From assembly GCA_018262095.1 (NCBI GenBank), contig JAGTRW010000012.1:82436-146435 (forward strand): a stretch of DNA of 64,000 bases, in the 5' to 3' direction. The notes under the pieces were generated by a model that searched no databases, was not told where the DNA came from, and saw only the letters and a list, made by a program, of their open reading frames with translations. This DNA is from Pseudomonadota bacterium (GTDB lineage: Bacteria > Pseudomonadota > Gammaproteobacteria > Burkholderiales > Rhodocyclaceae). Below, in pieces: positions 10,155 to 20,952 of this stretch. Made by a program: the position numbers and the translations under genes. Every line of letters begins with the position of its first letter. Within the stretch, counting starts at the first letter, position 1.

Positions 10155-11402
10155 ATGGCGCTACCCTACGAACTGCTGATCGGCCTGCGTTATACGCGCG
10201 CCAAGCGACGCAATCAATTTGTCTCGTTCATCTCGATGATCTCGATGCTCGGCATCGCGCTCGGTGTCGCTGCGCTGATCGTCGTGCTGTCGGTGATGAA
10301 CGGTTTTCAGACCGAGCTGCGCGGGCGAATCCTGGCCGTCGTCTCGCACATCCAGATCAGCGGCGCTTCCGGCGAAATGGCGAACTGGCAAAGCGTCGCC
10401 GAACAGTCGCTCAAAGTACCGGGGGTCTTGGCCGCGGCGCCCTTCGTGCAGGCCCAGGGAATGCTCTCGTTCGGCCAGTCGGTGCGCGGCGCGATGGTGC
10501 GCGGCGTGCTGCCCGACTTCGAGGACCAGGTCGTCGATTTTCGCACGCACATGAAGGAAGGCAGCCTCGATTCGCTGACGCCGGACTCGTTCAACATCGT
10601 TCTGGGCAGCGAGCTGGCGCGCGCGCTGGGCATTTTCGTCGGCGACAAGGTCACGGTGATCGCGCCGCAGGGCGTCGTGACGCCGGCCGGCGTGATCCCG
10701 CGGCTGAAGACCTTCACCGTCTCGGGCCTGTTTGAAGTCGGCATGTTCGAGTACGACAGTGGGCTCGCGCTGATCCGCATGGAGGACGCGCAGCGCCTCT
10801 ACCGCATGGAAGATCGCGTCTCGGGCGTGCGCCTCAAGCTCGACGACCTGTTCAAGGCACCGGCGATCGCGCGCGAGCTCGCCAATCGTCTCGATACCGC
10901 GGCCTTCATCAGCGACTGGACCAGAAGTCACGCCAACTTCTTCAGAGCGGTGGCGATCGAAAAGAACATGATGTTCATCATCCTCTCGCTGATCGTCGCC
11001 GTCGCCGCGTTCAACATCGTCTCGACGCTGGTCATGGCGGTCACCGACAAGCAGGCCGACATCGCGATTTTGCGTACGCTCGGCGCCAGCCCGGGCAGCA
11101 TCATGGCGATCTTCATGGTGCAGGGCGCGCTGATCGGCTTCATCGGCCTGGGGCTGGGCGTTGCCGGCGGCGTCGCGCTGGCGCTCAATGTCGACGTCGT
11201 CGTTCCCTTGATCGAGCGCCTGCTGGGAACGCAGTTCATGTCCAAAGAGGTCTATTACATCTCCAACCTGCCGTCCGAATTGCAGTGGAAGGACGTGACG
11301 ACGATCACCGGCGTCTCCTTCTTGCTCTCGCTGGTGGCGACGATTTATCCGAGCTGGCGCGCCTCGCGCGTCAATCCGGCGGAGGCGCTGCGCTATGAGT
11401 GA
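10155..11402 (+). CDS. lolC: Lipoprotein-releasing ABC transporter permease LolC/E
   Basis: [19 protein letters not shown]...SVMNGF; IAILRTLGA; [18 protein letters not shown]. Confidence 0.95.
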   Translation: MALPYELLIGLRYTRAKRRNQFVSFISMISMLGIALGVAALIVVLSVMNGFQTELRGRILAVVSHIQISGASGEMANWQSVAEQSLKVPGVLAAAPFVQAQGMLSFGQSVRGAMVRGVLPDFEDQVVDFRTHMKEGSLDSLTPDSFNIVLGSELARALGIFVGDKVTVIAPQGVVTPAGVIPRLKTFTVSGLFEVGMFEYDSGLALIRMEDAQRLYRMEDRVSGVRLKLDDLFKAPAIARELANRLDTAAFISDWTRSHANFFRAVAIEKNMMFIILSLIVAVAAFNIVSTLVMAVTDKQADIAILRTLGASPGSIMAIFMVQGALIGFIGLGLGVAGGVALALNVDVVVPLIERLLGTQFMSKEVYYISNLPSELQWKDVTTITGVSFLLSLVATIYPSWRASRVNPAEALRYE

Positions 11403-12090
11403 TGGTCGAGACGTGGTGCTGGCCTGTCAGGGCCTCGCCAAAATTTACCGCCAGGGAACCGGCGAGGGCGCCGAGGTGCCGGTGCTGACCGGCGTCGATT
11501 TCGAAGTGCAGGCCGGCGAGCGCGTCTCGGTGGTCGGCGCCTCGGGTTCGGGCAAGAGCACGCTCTTGCACTTGCTCGGCGGGCTCGACTCGGCGAGCGC
11601 CGGGACTATCCAGCTGATGGGGCGCGACCTGTCGCAGATCAGCGACGCCGAACGCGGCGTGATGCGCAACCGTCACCTCGGCTTCGTCTATCAGTTCCAC
11701 CATCTGCTGCCCGAGTTTTCCGCGCTGCAGAACGTCGCGATGCCGCTCTTGATCAGGCGTCTGCCCAAGGCCGAAGCGCACGCGCGCGCGGCGGCGGTGC
11801 TCGCCGACGTCGGCCTGTCGCACCGGCTCGAGCATACGCCGTCTGAATTGTCGGGCGGCGAACGGCAGCGCGCGGCGATCGCGCGCGCGCTGGTCACCGA
11901 GCCGGCGTGCGTGCTCGCCGACGAGCCGACCGGCAATCTCGACCGGCAGACTGCCGAAGGCGTCTTCGAACTGATGCTGGCGCTCAACCGCTCGCGCCAG
12001 ACGAGTTTCGTGATCGTCACCCACGATCCGGGACTCGCGGCGCGCGCCGACCGGATACTCACGCTGCGCGACGGACGTTTTGTCGTGTAG
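11395..12090 (+). CDS. lolD: Lipoprotein-releasing ABC transporter ATP-binding protein LolD
   Basis: Walker [41 protein letters not shown]. Confidence 0.96.
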   Translation: MSDGRDVVLACQGLAKIYRQGTGEGAEVPVLTGVDFEVQAGERVSVVGASGSGKSTLLHLLGGLDSASAGTIQLMGRDLSQISDAERGVMRNRHLGFVYQFHHLLPEFSALQNVAMPLLIRRLPKAEAHARAAAVLADVGLSHRLEHTPSELSGGERQRAAIARALVTEPACVLADEPTGNLDRQTAEGVFELMLALNRSRQTSFVIVTHDPGLAARADRILTLRDGRFVV

Positions 12091-12104
12091 GGGAGAATTC
12101 ATCC

Positions 12105-12292
12105 GAACGCAATTCAAACCAAACGACATGCCCCGCAGGAAATACCCTTGGGGTACAACGGGCACAACGAAGAGCGTCTGTTTGGGAGAGGTTATGCCTC
12201 GCCCGCTGGGTGACTCAGATAAACGATTTAGCTTATTGTTTTTTCGCCGTGTTCGTTGTGTTCGTCGTGGTTAACTGCTTTTTCCAGGTTCA
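12105..12292. repeat. Palindromic MITE/REP-like element, copy 1 (carries a 27-nt nested insert at 12129-12155)
   Basis: Left arm aacc-aaacgaca-[insert]-caacgggcacaacga; right arm tcgccgtgttcgttgtgttcgtcgtggtt; loop and outer flanks homologous to 28714-28880. Confidence 0.85.
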
Positions 12293-15200
12293 TTCACCCG
12301 ACGGGCGGCGCGCGTCGCGCAAGATTTGCCGGGCGCTCGCGAATTCAAACTGCTCGATCTGCCGCGCGAAATGATCGCCGCGCGCGCCCAGAGCGTTGCG
12401 CAGCGTTGCGGCGTGCTGCGTGAACAGCGCGGTGGCGTCGGCGTCATGGTGCGCCAGCTTATCGTCGAGTTCGTCGAACAGCGCGTCGAGCAGCGCCGGG
12501 CGGGGGGCCGTAGTCGTCACCGCCGACGGGGCCGCGAGCGCCGGCAGCGCGGCGGCGAGCGACGCGAGCTCGTCATCGACGGCGGCGACCGCCGCGTCAA
12601 GATCGCGGCTGTCGGGACTGCCGACTTGCTGCGCGCGCAGTGCGTTCTCCAGGCACTGCGCCGCCGCCGCCAACTGGTCGGCGCCGAGCGTCGCACCGGT
12701 GCCGCGCAGCGTATGCGCCAGGCGCTGTGCGGCGGCCTGCTCACCCTGCGCCAGACTGGCGCGCAGCCGCGTCATGTCGTCGGCGTGGGCGTCGACGAAA
12801 CGGCCGAGCAGCTCGCGATACTTGCCAAAATTTCCGCGCAAGCTGGCCAGTCCGCGCTCGAGGTTGAGTCCCGGGATATCGGCGAGTTGCGCTCGTGCCG
12901 CGCCGTCGATCGTCGCTGGCTTTGGCGTCGCCACCACCAGCGTGCTTGGTGCGGGTCTCGCGGCACCGGGCGCACCGGGCGCAGGCGCCAGCGACAGCCA
13001 GAGCAGCAGGCTCTGGTAGAGCGTCGCGGGTTCGACCGGCTTGGAAATGAAGTCGTTCATTCCGGCCTCTTCGCACGCCAGGCGGTCCTCGTCGAAGGCG
13101 TTGGCGGTCATCGCGACGATCGGCCTTGTCTGCCAGCCGGGCAGCGCGCGAATCGCGCGCGTCGCCTGCAGTCCGTCCATTTCGGGCATCTGCATGTCCA
13201 TCAGGATCAGATCGAAGTCGTGCGCGCGCGCCTTGGCCACCGCCTCGCGGCCGTCGCTCGCGGTATCGACGGTGAGCCCGACGCCGTGCAGCAATTCGAG
13301 CGCCACTTCACGGTTGATCGGATGGTCCTCGACGAGCAGGATGCGCGCGCCGCTGTGATTTTTGCGCAACTGGCTCTCGGCATTGGCGGTTTCGGGCGCC
13401 GCGGTGCCGGGCAGGATGCCGTGGCCGCGTTGCAGTCGCGCGGTAAACCAGAAGGTGCTGCCGACGCCCGGCGTGCTGGTCACGCCGACTTCGCCGCCCA
13501 TCAGCTGCGCCAGGCGCCGGGTGATCGCCAGTCCCAGGCCGGTACCGCCGTACTTGCGCGTGGTCGACGCGTCGGCCTGCTCGAACGACTGGAACAGTCG
13601 GCCGATCTTGTCTTGATCGATGCCGATGCCGCTGTCGGCGACCTCGAAACGCACCAGCAGTTCGCCGTCGCGGTCTTCGAGCAGCCTGGCCGAAATCGCG
13701 ATGACGCCGCGCTCGGTAAACTTGACGGCGTTGCCGGCGTAGTTGAGCAAGGCCTGGCGCAGTCGCGTCGGGTCGCCGCGCAGCCAGAGCGGAACGGCGT
13801 CGCCGTCGAGGGTCACGGTGAGCCCCTGATGGCGCGCCGACTCGCCGATGATCGAGCCGACGTTGTCGAGGATCGCCGAGAGGTGAAAATCGGTACTCTC
13901 CAATTGCAGCAGGTCGGCCTCGATCTTCGACAGGTCGAGGATGTCGTCGATGATGGTCAGCAGATGCTGGCCGGCGTTGTCGATCTTGTCGAGCCGTTCG
14001 GCCTGTTGCGGCGTTACCGCGCTGCGCCGCAACAGGTGGGTCAGGCCGATGATCGCATTCATCGGCGTGCGGATCTCGTGGCTCATATTGGCCAGGAAGG
14101 TGCTCTTGGCGCGGTTGGCGGCGTCGGCTTGCTGGCGCGCGCGCGAAAGCTCGGCGGTGCGGCTGTCGACCAGTTCTTCGAGGTGATGGCGATGGCGGTC
14201 GAGTTCTTCGCCGATCAGCTTCTTCTCGGTGATGTCTTCCTTGACCGCGACGTAGTGGCTGATCGAACCGTCGCTCTGGCGTAGCGGCGTGACGATGGCG
14301 AACTCGATATAGTCGCTGCCGTCCTTCTTGCGGTTATGGAACTCGCCTTTCCACGGGATCCCCTGGGTCATCGCCTGCCACAGGCTGTGGTAGGTTTCGG
14401 GCGGCGTTTGCCCCGATTTGAGGATTTTCGGATTTTGGCCGATCACTTCGTCGCGGCCATAGCCGGTGGTTCGCACAAAGGCTTCGTTGACGTATTCGAT
14501 GTTGGCATCGACGTTGGTGATGACGATGCTCTCCGGACTTTGCTCGAGTGCCAGTGAGAGCTTGCGCAATTCCTTTTCGCTCGCCTGACGCTCAGCTTCG
14601 CGCGAGAAATTGTCGAGGGCAAAGCTGACGTCGGTCGCCATCTGCATCAGCAGTTCGCGGATTTCCGCATCAAACGCGTAAAGCTGGCTCGAATAGAGCA
14701 CCAGCGTGCCGATCGCGACGCCATTGCGGGTCAGCGGCAGCGCCGCCGACGAGCGCCATCCGGCGCGCGCGCACTGCTCATGCCAGGGCGCGGTGATCGG
14801 GTCGTTGAGGAAGTCCTGGACCCACACTGGACGAAGTTCGCGCATTGCCGTTCCGGTGGCGCCGCGGCCCAGGGCGCTCTCGGCATCGCAGGAGACCTGC
14901 ACGGCCTTCAGGAAATCGGTCGCGTCGCCAAAGCTGGCGACCGGCCGAACGTTGAGCGAAACGGGATCGGCGAGCCCGATCCAGGCCATCTTGAGGCCGC
15001 CGAACTCGACCGCGCAGCGGCAGATTTCGGGGAACAATTCCGCTTCGCTGGGGCTCCGAACGATGGCCTGACTGCATCCGCTCAAGGCCGCGTAGAACTG
15101 GCCCAGACGCTGGATTTTGAGTTCGGCGTTCTTGCGCTCGGTGATGTCGCGCGAAATGCCGAAAATTCCGATGACCTCACCGCTCTCGTCGCGCAGCGGC

Positions 15201-15772
15201 CCCTTGATCGCCAGAAAGGTCCGCTCGCCGTCGACGGTGGCGATCGTTTCCTCGTAGGTTTTGACCTGCATCGCAGCGATCACCTGCACGTCGTTGGCGC
15301 GGATCATCGCCGCCTGCTGCGGCGGGAAAAGCGCCGTATCGTCGAAGCCGATCGCCTCGCCGGCGCGCTTGCCGATCAGTCGCGCCGTTTCGCGGTTGAA
15401 GAGCAGGTAGCGTCCCGCTTTGTCCTTGGCGAAAATGGCGTCGGGCGAACTGTCGGCGATCACGTCGAGCAATTGCTGGGTGCGAATTCTCTCGTTCTGC
15501 GCTGCGAGCTCGCGCGTTGACGTCGCAGCGACCTGCGCGGCGAGTCGCTTGATCAGTCCGTACAGCAGCAGCGAAGTGACGGCAACGAATAGCCAACCCT
15601 TGACCGTACTGACCAGCGCAATGGTTTGCGGATCGTGCAACAGCAAGGCCAGCAGATGGTCGGAGAGCAGGATCCAGAGGCCGGCGAAGGCGGCATAAAC
15701 GAGAACGACGCGCAGTGCGGCGTCGGGCGTCCGGCGTCGCGCGGTGGGCGGCGTATTTCCCGCTGGGGTCAT
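12290..15772 (-). CDS. Hybrid sensor histidine kinase (2TM, PAS, GAF, PAS, HisKA, HATPase, REC, Hpt)
   Basis: [15 protein letters not shown]-box; GDPTRLRQ; YGGTGLGL; LILMDMQMP receiver; AHTLRG Hpt. Confidence 0.93.
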   Translation of the reverse strand: MTPAGNTPPTARRRTPDAALRVVLVYAAFAGLWILLSDHLLALLLHDPQTIALVSTVKGWLFVAVTSLLLYGLIKRLAAQVAATSTRELAAQNERIRTQQLLDVIADSSPDAIFAKDKAGRYLLFNRETARLIGKRAGEAIGFDDTALFPPQQAAMIRANDVQVIAAMQVKTYEETIATVDGERTFLAIKGPLRDESGEVIGIFGISRDITERKNAELKIQRLGQFYAALSGCSQAIVRSPSEAELFPEICRCAVEFGGLKMAWIGLADPVSLNVRPVASFGDATDFLKAVQVSCDAESALGRGATGTAMRELRPVWVQDFLNDPITAPWHEQCARAGWRSSAALPLTRNGVAIGTLVLYSSQLYAFDAEIRELLMQMATDVSFALDNFSREAERQASEKELRKLSLALEQSPESIVITNVDANIEYVNEAFVRTTGYGRDEVIGQNPKILKSGQTPPETYHSLWQAMTQGIPWKGEFHNRKKDGSDYIEFAIVTPLRQSDGSISHYVAVKEDITEKKLIGEELDRHRHHLEELVDSRTAELSRARQQADAANRAKSTFLANMSHEIRTPMNAIIGLTHLLRRSAVTPQQAERLDKIDNAGQHLLTIIDDILDLSKIEADLLQLESTDFHLSAILDNVGSIIGESARHQGLTVTLDGDAVPLWLRGDPTRLRQALLNYAGNAVKFTERGVIAISARLLEDRDGELLVRFEVADSGIGIDQDKIGRLFQSFEQADASTTRKYGGTGLGLAITRRLAQLMGGEVGVTSTPGVGSTFWFTARLQRGHGILPGTAAPETANAESQLRKNHSGARILLVEDHPINREVALELLHGVGLTVDTASDGREAVAKARAHDFDLILMDMQMPEMDGLQATRAIRALPGWQTRPIVAMTANAFDEDRLACEEAGMNDFISKPVEPATLYQSLLLWLSLAPAPGAPGAARPAPSTLVVATPKPATIDGAARAQLADIPGLNLERGLASLRGNFGKYRELLGRFVDAHADDMTRLRASLAQGEQAAAQRLAHTLRGTGATLGADQLAAAAQCLENALRAQQVGSPDSRDLDAAVAAVDDELASLAAALPALAAPSAVTTTAPRPALLDALFDELDDKLAHHDADATALFTQHAATLRNALGARGDHFARQIEQFEFASARQILRDARRPSGE

Positions 15773-16713
15773 GACGGAACAAGCGGCGCCGTGGTGGACG
15801 GTGCCGGCAACGCGCCACTGTCGAGGTAGCGCATGGCGATCGCGACAAAATCGTCGAAGCCGGCCAGGAAGGCGTCGGTGACGTCGGGGTCGAAATGCGT
15901 GCCGCGGCCGGCGGCGATGATTTCGCGCGCCTGATCGTAGGACATCGCGGTCTTGTACGGGCGCACCGAGATCAGCGCGTCGAAGACGTCGGCGATCGCC
16001 ATCAGCCGCGCTGAAACGGGGATCGCTTCACCGGCGAGGCGGTCGGGGTAACCGCTGCCGTCCCATTTTTCGTGGTGCCAGTGGGCGATTTCCTTGGCCG
16101 TCGCGAGAAAAGCCAGCGGCATTTCGATGTCCACTTCGGCCTGCTCGATGGCGTCGCTGCCGAGCGCGGCATGCGTCTGCATGATCGCCCATTCGTCGGC
16201 GTTGAGCTTGCCCGGCTTGAGCAGGATGTAGTCGGGAATGCCGACCTTGCCGATGTCGTGCAGCGGCGCCGAGCGGCTCAACAAATCGATATAGCGCTCG
16301 GTGAGCGTCGCGGCGAAGCGCGGATGCTGGCGCAGACCGACCGCCAGCCGCTGCACGTAGCCCTGGGTGCGCATGATGTGGTTGCCGGTTTCGGTATCGC
16401 GCGTTTCGGCCAGATGCGCCAGCGCGCGGATGTCGCCGGCATCGGCCAGCGCGGTCAGGAAGACCACCGGAATGTCGCGCGTCGCCGAAGCTTCGCGCAG
16501 CTTGGCGAGCACCGCGTAACCGTCCATTCCGGGCATCATCACGTCGAGCAGGATGAGGTCGGGCGTCGGCTCGCTGTGAGCGACACGCAGACCGACTTCG
16601 CCCGAGTTTGCCGCCAGCACGCGGTAGTGCGGCCGCAGCAGTTCGTAGAGCACGTGCAGGTTTTCGGCGGCGTCGTCGACGATCAGGATGACTGGGTTGG
16701 CGGCAGGTGACAT
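15769..16713 (-). CDS. REC-HD-GYP response regulator with an in-frame internal deletion (possibly defective)
   Basis: ILIVDD...LLDVMMP receiver stops at [10 protein letters not shown] and joins directly to [12 protein letters not shown]; HD-GYP ([16 protein letters not shown]) intact. Confidence 0.85.
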   Translation of the reverse strand: MSPAANPVILIVDDAAENLHVLYELLRPHYRVLAANSGEVGLRVAHSEPTPDLILLDVMMPGMDGYAVLAKLREASATRDIPVVFLTALADAGDIRALAHLAETRDTETGNHIMRTQGYVQRLAVGLRQHPRFAATLTERYIDLLSRSAPLHDIGKVGIPDYILLKPGKLNADEWAIMQTHAALGSDAIEQAEVDIEMPLAFLATAKEIAHWHHEKWDGSGYPDRLAGEAIPVSARLMAIADVFDALISVRPYKTAMSYDQAREIIAAGRGTHFDPDVTDAFLAGFDDFVAIAMRYLDSGALPAPSTTAPLVPS

Positions 16714-16822
16714 ATACGCTAGGCGAGGGCTTGTCAGATGCTCAAGTCTAACCCGATTTTTGCGCAGCGAGATCGGTCTTCGTTGGCGAACGCTCAATAA
16801 ATCGCGGCAGCGGGCGCCATGC

Positions 16823-17329
16823 TCAGGCGGTCTCGTTGATTTGGCCGATCACCTGGTACAAGGTTGGCAGTTGAGCCGGACAGCGCTTGCCGACCGCCGC
16901 CGCTACGGCGTTGAGGCACGACCTGAAGTCGGCGATGCTCTGGCAACTGCGGATCTCGTCGACCACGGGCTGGGAGTGGGCTCCGAAGCTGTCAACCGCG
17001 AAATCGGTGAGCAGGAACTTCGCTTCCGAAAGGATGATTTCATCGTCCAATTCGATGACGCCGCCAGTCGCCGGTTCGAGCGCTCGCGGTGCCGCGGAAT
17101 GCGGCGCGTCGGCGCCGCTGGCGCTGATGAATCCTGCGCCGATCAGAATATCGACTTCCTCAAGGACTTCATGCCTGGGAAAGACCGACTTCTCGAGGAT
17201 TTGCGCCAGGCTTTTCGGCGTATCGAGCAGAATGAGCACGCTGCGCTTCTTCATGCCGAGCTTGTGCACCCGCAGCTTGACTTCATCGACGCCCTTCGGG
17301 GTGATATGCAGCTTAGCCGACAGGTCCAC
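16823..17329 (-). CDS. Conserved hypothetical protein (possible winged-helix-like N-terminus)
   Basis: GTG start with gagg RBS; protein-like composition; co-oriented between signalling genes. Confidence 0.65.
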   Translation of the reverse strand: MDLSAKLHITPKGVDEVKLRVHKLGMKKRSVLILLDTPKSLAQILEKSVFPRHEVLEEVDILIGAGFISASGADAPHSAAPRALEPATGGVIELDDEIILSEAKFLLTDFAVDSFGAHSQPVVDEIRSCQSIADFRSCLNAVAAAVGKRCPAQLPTLYQVIGQINETA

Positions 17330-17387
17330 TTTTTACCTCAACTGTTCAATGATCGGTCATCAATCGCAGCGGTCGCTGGGTCCAATA

Positions 17388-18359
17388 TTACAGCCTGAAG
17401 CGCGAGATCGATTTGCCGAGAATGTCCGCGGTCTTTCCCAGCTTCTTGACCGATCGGTTCAACGCTGACAAGTCTTCGTCGGATCTGCTTTCGCCGTATG
17501 CCTTGGATACGCCGTCGAAATTCCGAACCTGCTCCGACAAGGTTTGCGCGTTGTCCTGGATCGACGCGGTGAGGTTGGTCAGCTTCATTTGCATCAGCTT
17601 GAGCGAAGCCATCATGCTGCTCTCGTCGTCTTTTTCCAGCGGGATTTCGATGCCCAGTTCGCCGTTGGCAATCTTCTTCATGCTATCGGCGGCGTCCTGC
17701 GGCTCACCGCCGAGCAGTCGCAGAATCGCCGTACGCATCCGGAAAACCAGGGCGGCGAGCAGCGCGAACATCGCGCCGGCGACCATCAGGAAGATACTCG
17801 ACGCCTTCCAGAAGCGGGCGTCGATATCGTCGATAAAGAAGCCGATACCTGGCAACCAGCCCCACGGCTCGAACTTGACCACCCCGATCAGCTTGGGATA
17901 CGGCTTTTTGTCGGCGCCACTGGCACGCGGTGAGTAGGCGATCATGAATGCCTTGTTGTCCTTGCTCTTGGCCAATTCGTCGTGGGTCGTCTGCAGTGCC
18001 GTGCGTCCGTCCGGACCGACGGCGCCCGGGTCTTGCTTGCCGACGCGGCTGGGGATGACATGGTAGATAAAAGACGCATCGGCGAGGTTGCGGATGAAAA
18101 AGAAATTGTCGCCCTGGGTGTGTGCCGCGATCGCCTCCTTGGCTCGCGACTGCGCCTCTTCGCGAGTCATCGTCCCGTTGGTCTCGAGCGCGTGGAAGTA
18201 TTTGAGTTGCGCCTCGGTAAAGAGCAGCAATTGCGTAATCTGCGCGTGCCGTTCGTCCATCATGGTTTGACGCATGCTGTAGAGACCGAGGGAGCCGATC
18301 GCCAACAGTCCGACCAGCGACGCGAAAATAATGATGAAAATTCGGGTTTTAAGGCGCAT
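17388..18359 (-). CDS. MCP-like receptor (TM-sCache_2-TM-HAMP) lacking the cytoplasmic signalling hairpin
   Basis: Cache sensor ending FEPWGWLPGIGFFIDD; LLGGEP HAMP; MCP-style C-terminus SISRFRL; no QTNLLALNA tip. Confidence 0.8.
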   Translation of the reverse strand: MRLKTRIFIIIFASLVGLLAIGSLGLYSMRQTMMDERHAQITQLLLFTEAQLKYFHALETNGTMTREEAQSRAKEAIAAHTQGDNFFFIRNLADASFIYHVIPSRVGKQDPGAVGPDGRTALQTTHDELAKSKDNKAFMIAYSPRASGADKKPYPKLIGVVKFEPWGWLPGIGFFIDDIDARFWKASSIFLMVAGAMFALLAALVFRMRTAILRLLGGEPQDAADSMKKIANGELGIEIPLEKDDESSMMASLKLMQMKLTNLTASIQDNAQTLSEQVRNFDGVSKAYGESRSDEDLSALNRSVKKLGKTADILGKSISRFRL

Positions 18360-18523
18360 TCGTGGTCTCCGCAGGACTGTCTTCAGAACGATGGAATTTC
18401 AATTTTCGGATCGCCGGTTAAGGCGAGTAAACCGCCTGAAGATTACACCATACTATTACTTTCGTATAATCATTCCGCAACTGTGCGCGGTCGTGGCTGG
18501 ATTGTCGGTCTAGACTTCGCTCC

Positions 18524-20878
18524 ATGCGGCTCTCCATTCTTGCTTTTCTGCTGGGCGTGGCGCTTCTGCAAATGCAGGCCGAGTTGATTGGCGCCGGCGT
18601 TTATGGCGGCCTGGCGGCGCTGGGCGCGCTGCTGGCGGCGAGGCCCGCGCTCGCTGCGCTGCCTGGCACGCTTTGGCCTGCGCTGTGGCGCGCGCTCGGT
18701 GCGGCGCTGCTCGGTTTCGCCTGGGCCGGATGGCTCGCGCAGCAGCGGCTCGCCGATCGCTTGCCCGAGGTCTGGGAAAACCGCGAGATCGCACTGACCG
18801 GCGTCGTTGCGTCGCTGCCGCAACGCTTCGAGCGTGGCGAGCGCTTTGCCTTCGACGTCGAAGCGGTGCACTCCCGGGCGGCGATCGTCCCGCGCCGCAT
18901 CCAGCTGGCGTGGTATCACGCTTGGGACGAGGCGGTCGCTGGCGCCGAAGAGGCGGAAGACGTCGGCGCAGCGCGCGGCGTTCGCCCCGGCCAGCGCTGG
19001 CGTTTCACGGTGCGCCTCAAGCGCCCGCACGGCAACGCCAACCCGCACGGTTTCGACTACGAAGCCTGGCTGCTCGAACGCAACATCCGCGCGACCGGCA
19101 GCATCCGCGGCAACGGCGAGCGAGTCGACGACTTCGTCGCACGCCCAGGCTACGCGGTCGAACGGCTGCGCGATGCGATCCGCAGCCGCTTTCTCGGCGC
19201 GCTGCCCGATGCGCCTTATCTTGGCGTGCTGATTGCGCTGGCGGTCGGCGATCAGCGCGCGATCGCCAATGATCAGTGGACGGTCTTCAACCGCACCGGA
19301 GTCACGCACCTGATGTCGATTTCCGGGCTGCATGTGACGATGGTCGCCGCGCTCGGCGCGCTGCTGATCGACGCGCTGTGGCGGCGCAGCCGGCGCTTGC
19401 TGCTGTGGCGGCCGGCGCGACAGGCGGCGGTGGTCGCCGGCTGGCTGGCGGCGGCCGCCTACGCGCTGCTCGCCGGCTTCGAGGTGCCGGCGCAGCGCAC
19501 GCTCTACATGCTGACCGTGGTCGCTGCGGCGCTGCTCAGCGGACGCAATTTCGGCGTTGCGCGAACCGTGCTGCTCGCTTTGCTGGTCGTGCTCGTATTC
19601 GATCCCTGGGCGGTGCTGGCGGTCGGCTTCTGGCTGTCGTTCGGCGCCGTCGCGCTGCTGCTTTTCGTCGGCAGCGCTCGCCTGCGCGAGCCGCGTGGCG
19701 CGCGCGCCGGCCTGGCACGCTGGGGTACTGCGCAATGGGCGGTAAGCGTCGGCAGCTTGCCGCTCTTGCTGCTCTTTTTCCAGCAGTTCTCGCTCGTCTC
19801 GCCGCTCGCCAACGCGCTGGCGATTCCGCTCGTCAGTTTCGTCATCACGCCGCTGGCGCTCGTCTTTGCCGTGCTGCCGTGGCCGCCGCTGCTGGTCGTC
19901 GATCACTGGCTGCTGACGCAACTGATGAACGCGCTCGAAGCGCTCGCCGACTGGCCGCTCTGGCAGCAAGCGGCGCCGCCGCTGTCGGCGACGCTGCTGG
20001 CGCTCGCTGGCGTCGCCTGGCTGCTTCTGCCGCGCGGCTTTCCGGCGCGCTGGCTTGGCCTGTGCCTGCTGCTGCCTGCGCTGTGCTGGCCGCCGCCGCG
20101 TCCGCCACCGGGAGAAGCCTGGGTCGATGTGCTCGACGTCGGCCAGGGGCTGGCGGTCGTCGTGCGCACCGCCGGCCACGCGCTGCTCTACGACAGCGGA
20201 CCGCTTTACGGCGGCGAGGCCAACGCCGGAGCGCGCGTCGTCGTCCCTTATCTGCGCGCGGTCGGCGTCGGCAAGCTCGATGCGCTGGTGCTTTCGCATC
20301 GCGACCGCGACCACGTCGGCGGTGCCGGCGCAGTGCAATCAGCGCTGCCGGTCGCCCGGCTGCTCAGCTCGATTGCCGAGTTGTCCGAACGGCCCGGCGA
20401 ACGTTGCCAGGCTGGCCAGTCGTGGCAATGGGACGGCGTGCGCTTTGCTATCGTCCATCCGCTGGCGACCGATTACCTGATCGCGGGCAAGCGTTCGAAC
20501 AGCATGAGCTGCGTGCTGCAGGTCGGCAACGGTGAGGACGGCGGCGCGCTGCTCACCGCCGACCTCGAGGCCGCCGACGAGCTGGCGCTACTGGCGCGCT
20601 CGCCGCTCGCCAGCGCGGTGCTGGTCGCGCCACATCACGGTGGCCGGGGGTCGTCGACGCCCGAGTTCGTCGCTGCCGTCGGCGCGCGCCAGGTGATTTT
20701 CTCGGCGGGTTACCGCAATCCCTTCAACCATCCGCATCCGGCGGTGCTCGAACGCTACGCCGCCAGCCGTCAGTGGCGAACCGATCGCGACGGCGCGCTG
20801 CACATCGTACTGGCGCCTGCGGGCGCCGACGTCTCGGCGTGGCGCGAGACGCATCGTCGCTACTGGTACGCGCGTTGA
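18524..20878 (+). CDS. comEC: DNA internalization competence protein ComEC/Rec2
   Basis: THLMSISGLHV competence motif; VLDVGQG; metallo-beta-lactamase SHRDRDHVGG; PHHG. Confidence 0.95.
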   Translation: MRLSILAFLLGVALLQMQAELIGAGVYGGLAALGALLAARPALAALPGTLWPALWRALGAALLGFAWAGWLAQQRLADRLPEVWENREIALTGVVASLPQRFERGERFAFDVEAVHSRAAIVPRRIQLAWYHAWDEAVAGAEEAEDVGAARGVRPGQRWRFTVRLKRPHGNANPHGFDYEAWLLERNIRATGSIRGNGERVDDFVARPGYAVERLRDAIRSRFLGALPDAPYLGVLIALAVGDQRAIANDQWTVFNRTGVTHLMSISGLHVTMVAALGALLIDALWRRSRRLLLWRPARQAAVVAGWLAAAAYALLAGFEVPAQRTLYMLTVVAAALLSGRNFGVARTVLLALLVVLVFDPWAVLAVGFWLSFGAVALLLFVGSARLREPRGARAGLARWGTAQWAVSVGSLPLLLLFFQQFSLVSPLANALAIPLVSFVITPLALVFAVLPWPPLLVVDHWLLTQLMNALEALADWPLWQQAAPPLSATLLALAGVAWLLLPRGFPARWLGLCLLLPALCWPPPRPPPGEAWVDVLDVGQGLAVVVRTAGHALLYDSGPLYGGEANAGARVVVPYLRAVGVGKLDALVLSHRDRDHVGGAGAVQSALPVARLLSSIAELSERPGERCQAGQSWQWDGVRFAIVHPLATDYLIAGKRSNSMSCVLQVGNGEDGGALLTADLEAADELALLARSPLASAVLVAPHHGGRGSSTPEFVAAVGARQVIFSAGYRNPFNHPHPAVLERYAASRQWRTDRDGALHIVLAPAGADVSAWRETHRRYWYAR

Positions 20879-20952
20879 ACAGCGACAGATTTGATGTTCG
20901 TCGCTCGCAAGTCGTGGTATACAGACGTTATTTCCTTACAGGCAGACACGCA

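Noticed and set aside
12105-12292. CRISPR interpretation of the 9-nt-unit repeats
   Set aside because: No regular repeat-spacer array, units are only 8-9 nt and inverted, and there are no cas genes.
18479-18513. Sequence before comEC resembling the lolD 3' end (tgcgcg...ttgtcg.t.tag)
   Set aside because: Only two 6-nt blocks with unequal spacing; too short to separate from chance, though it would fit the displaced-gene-end model.
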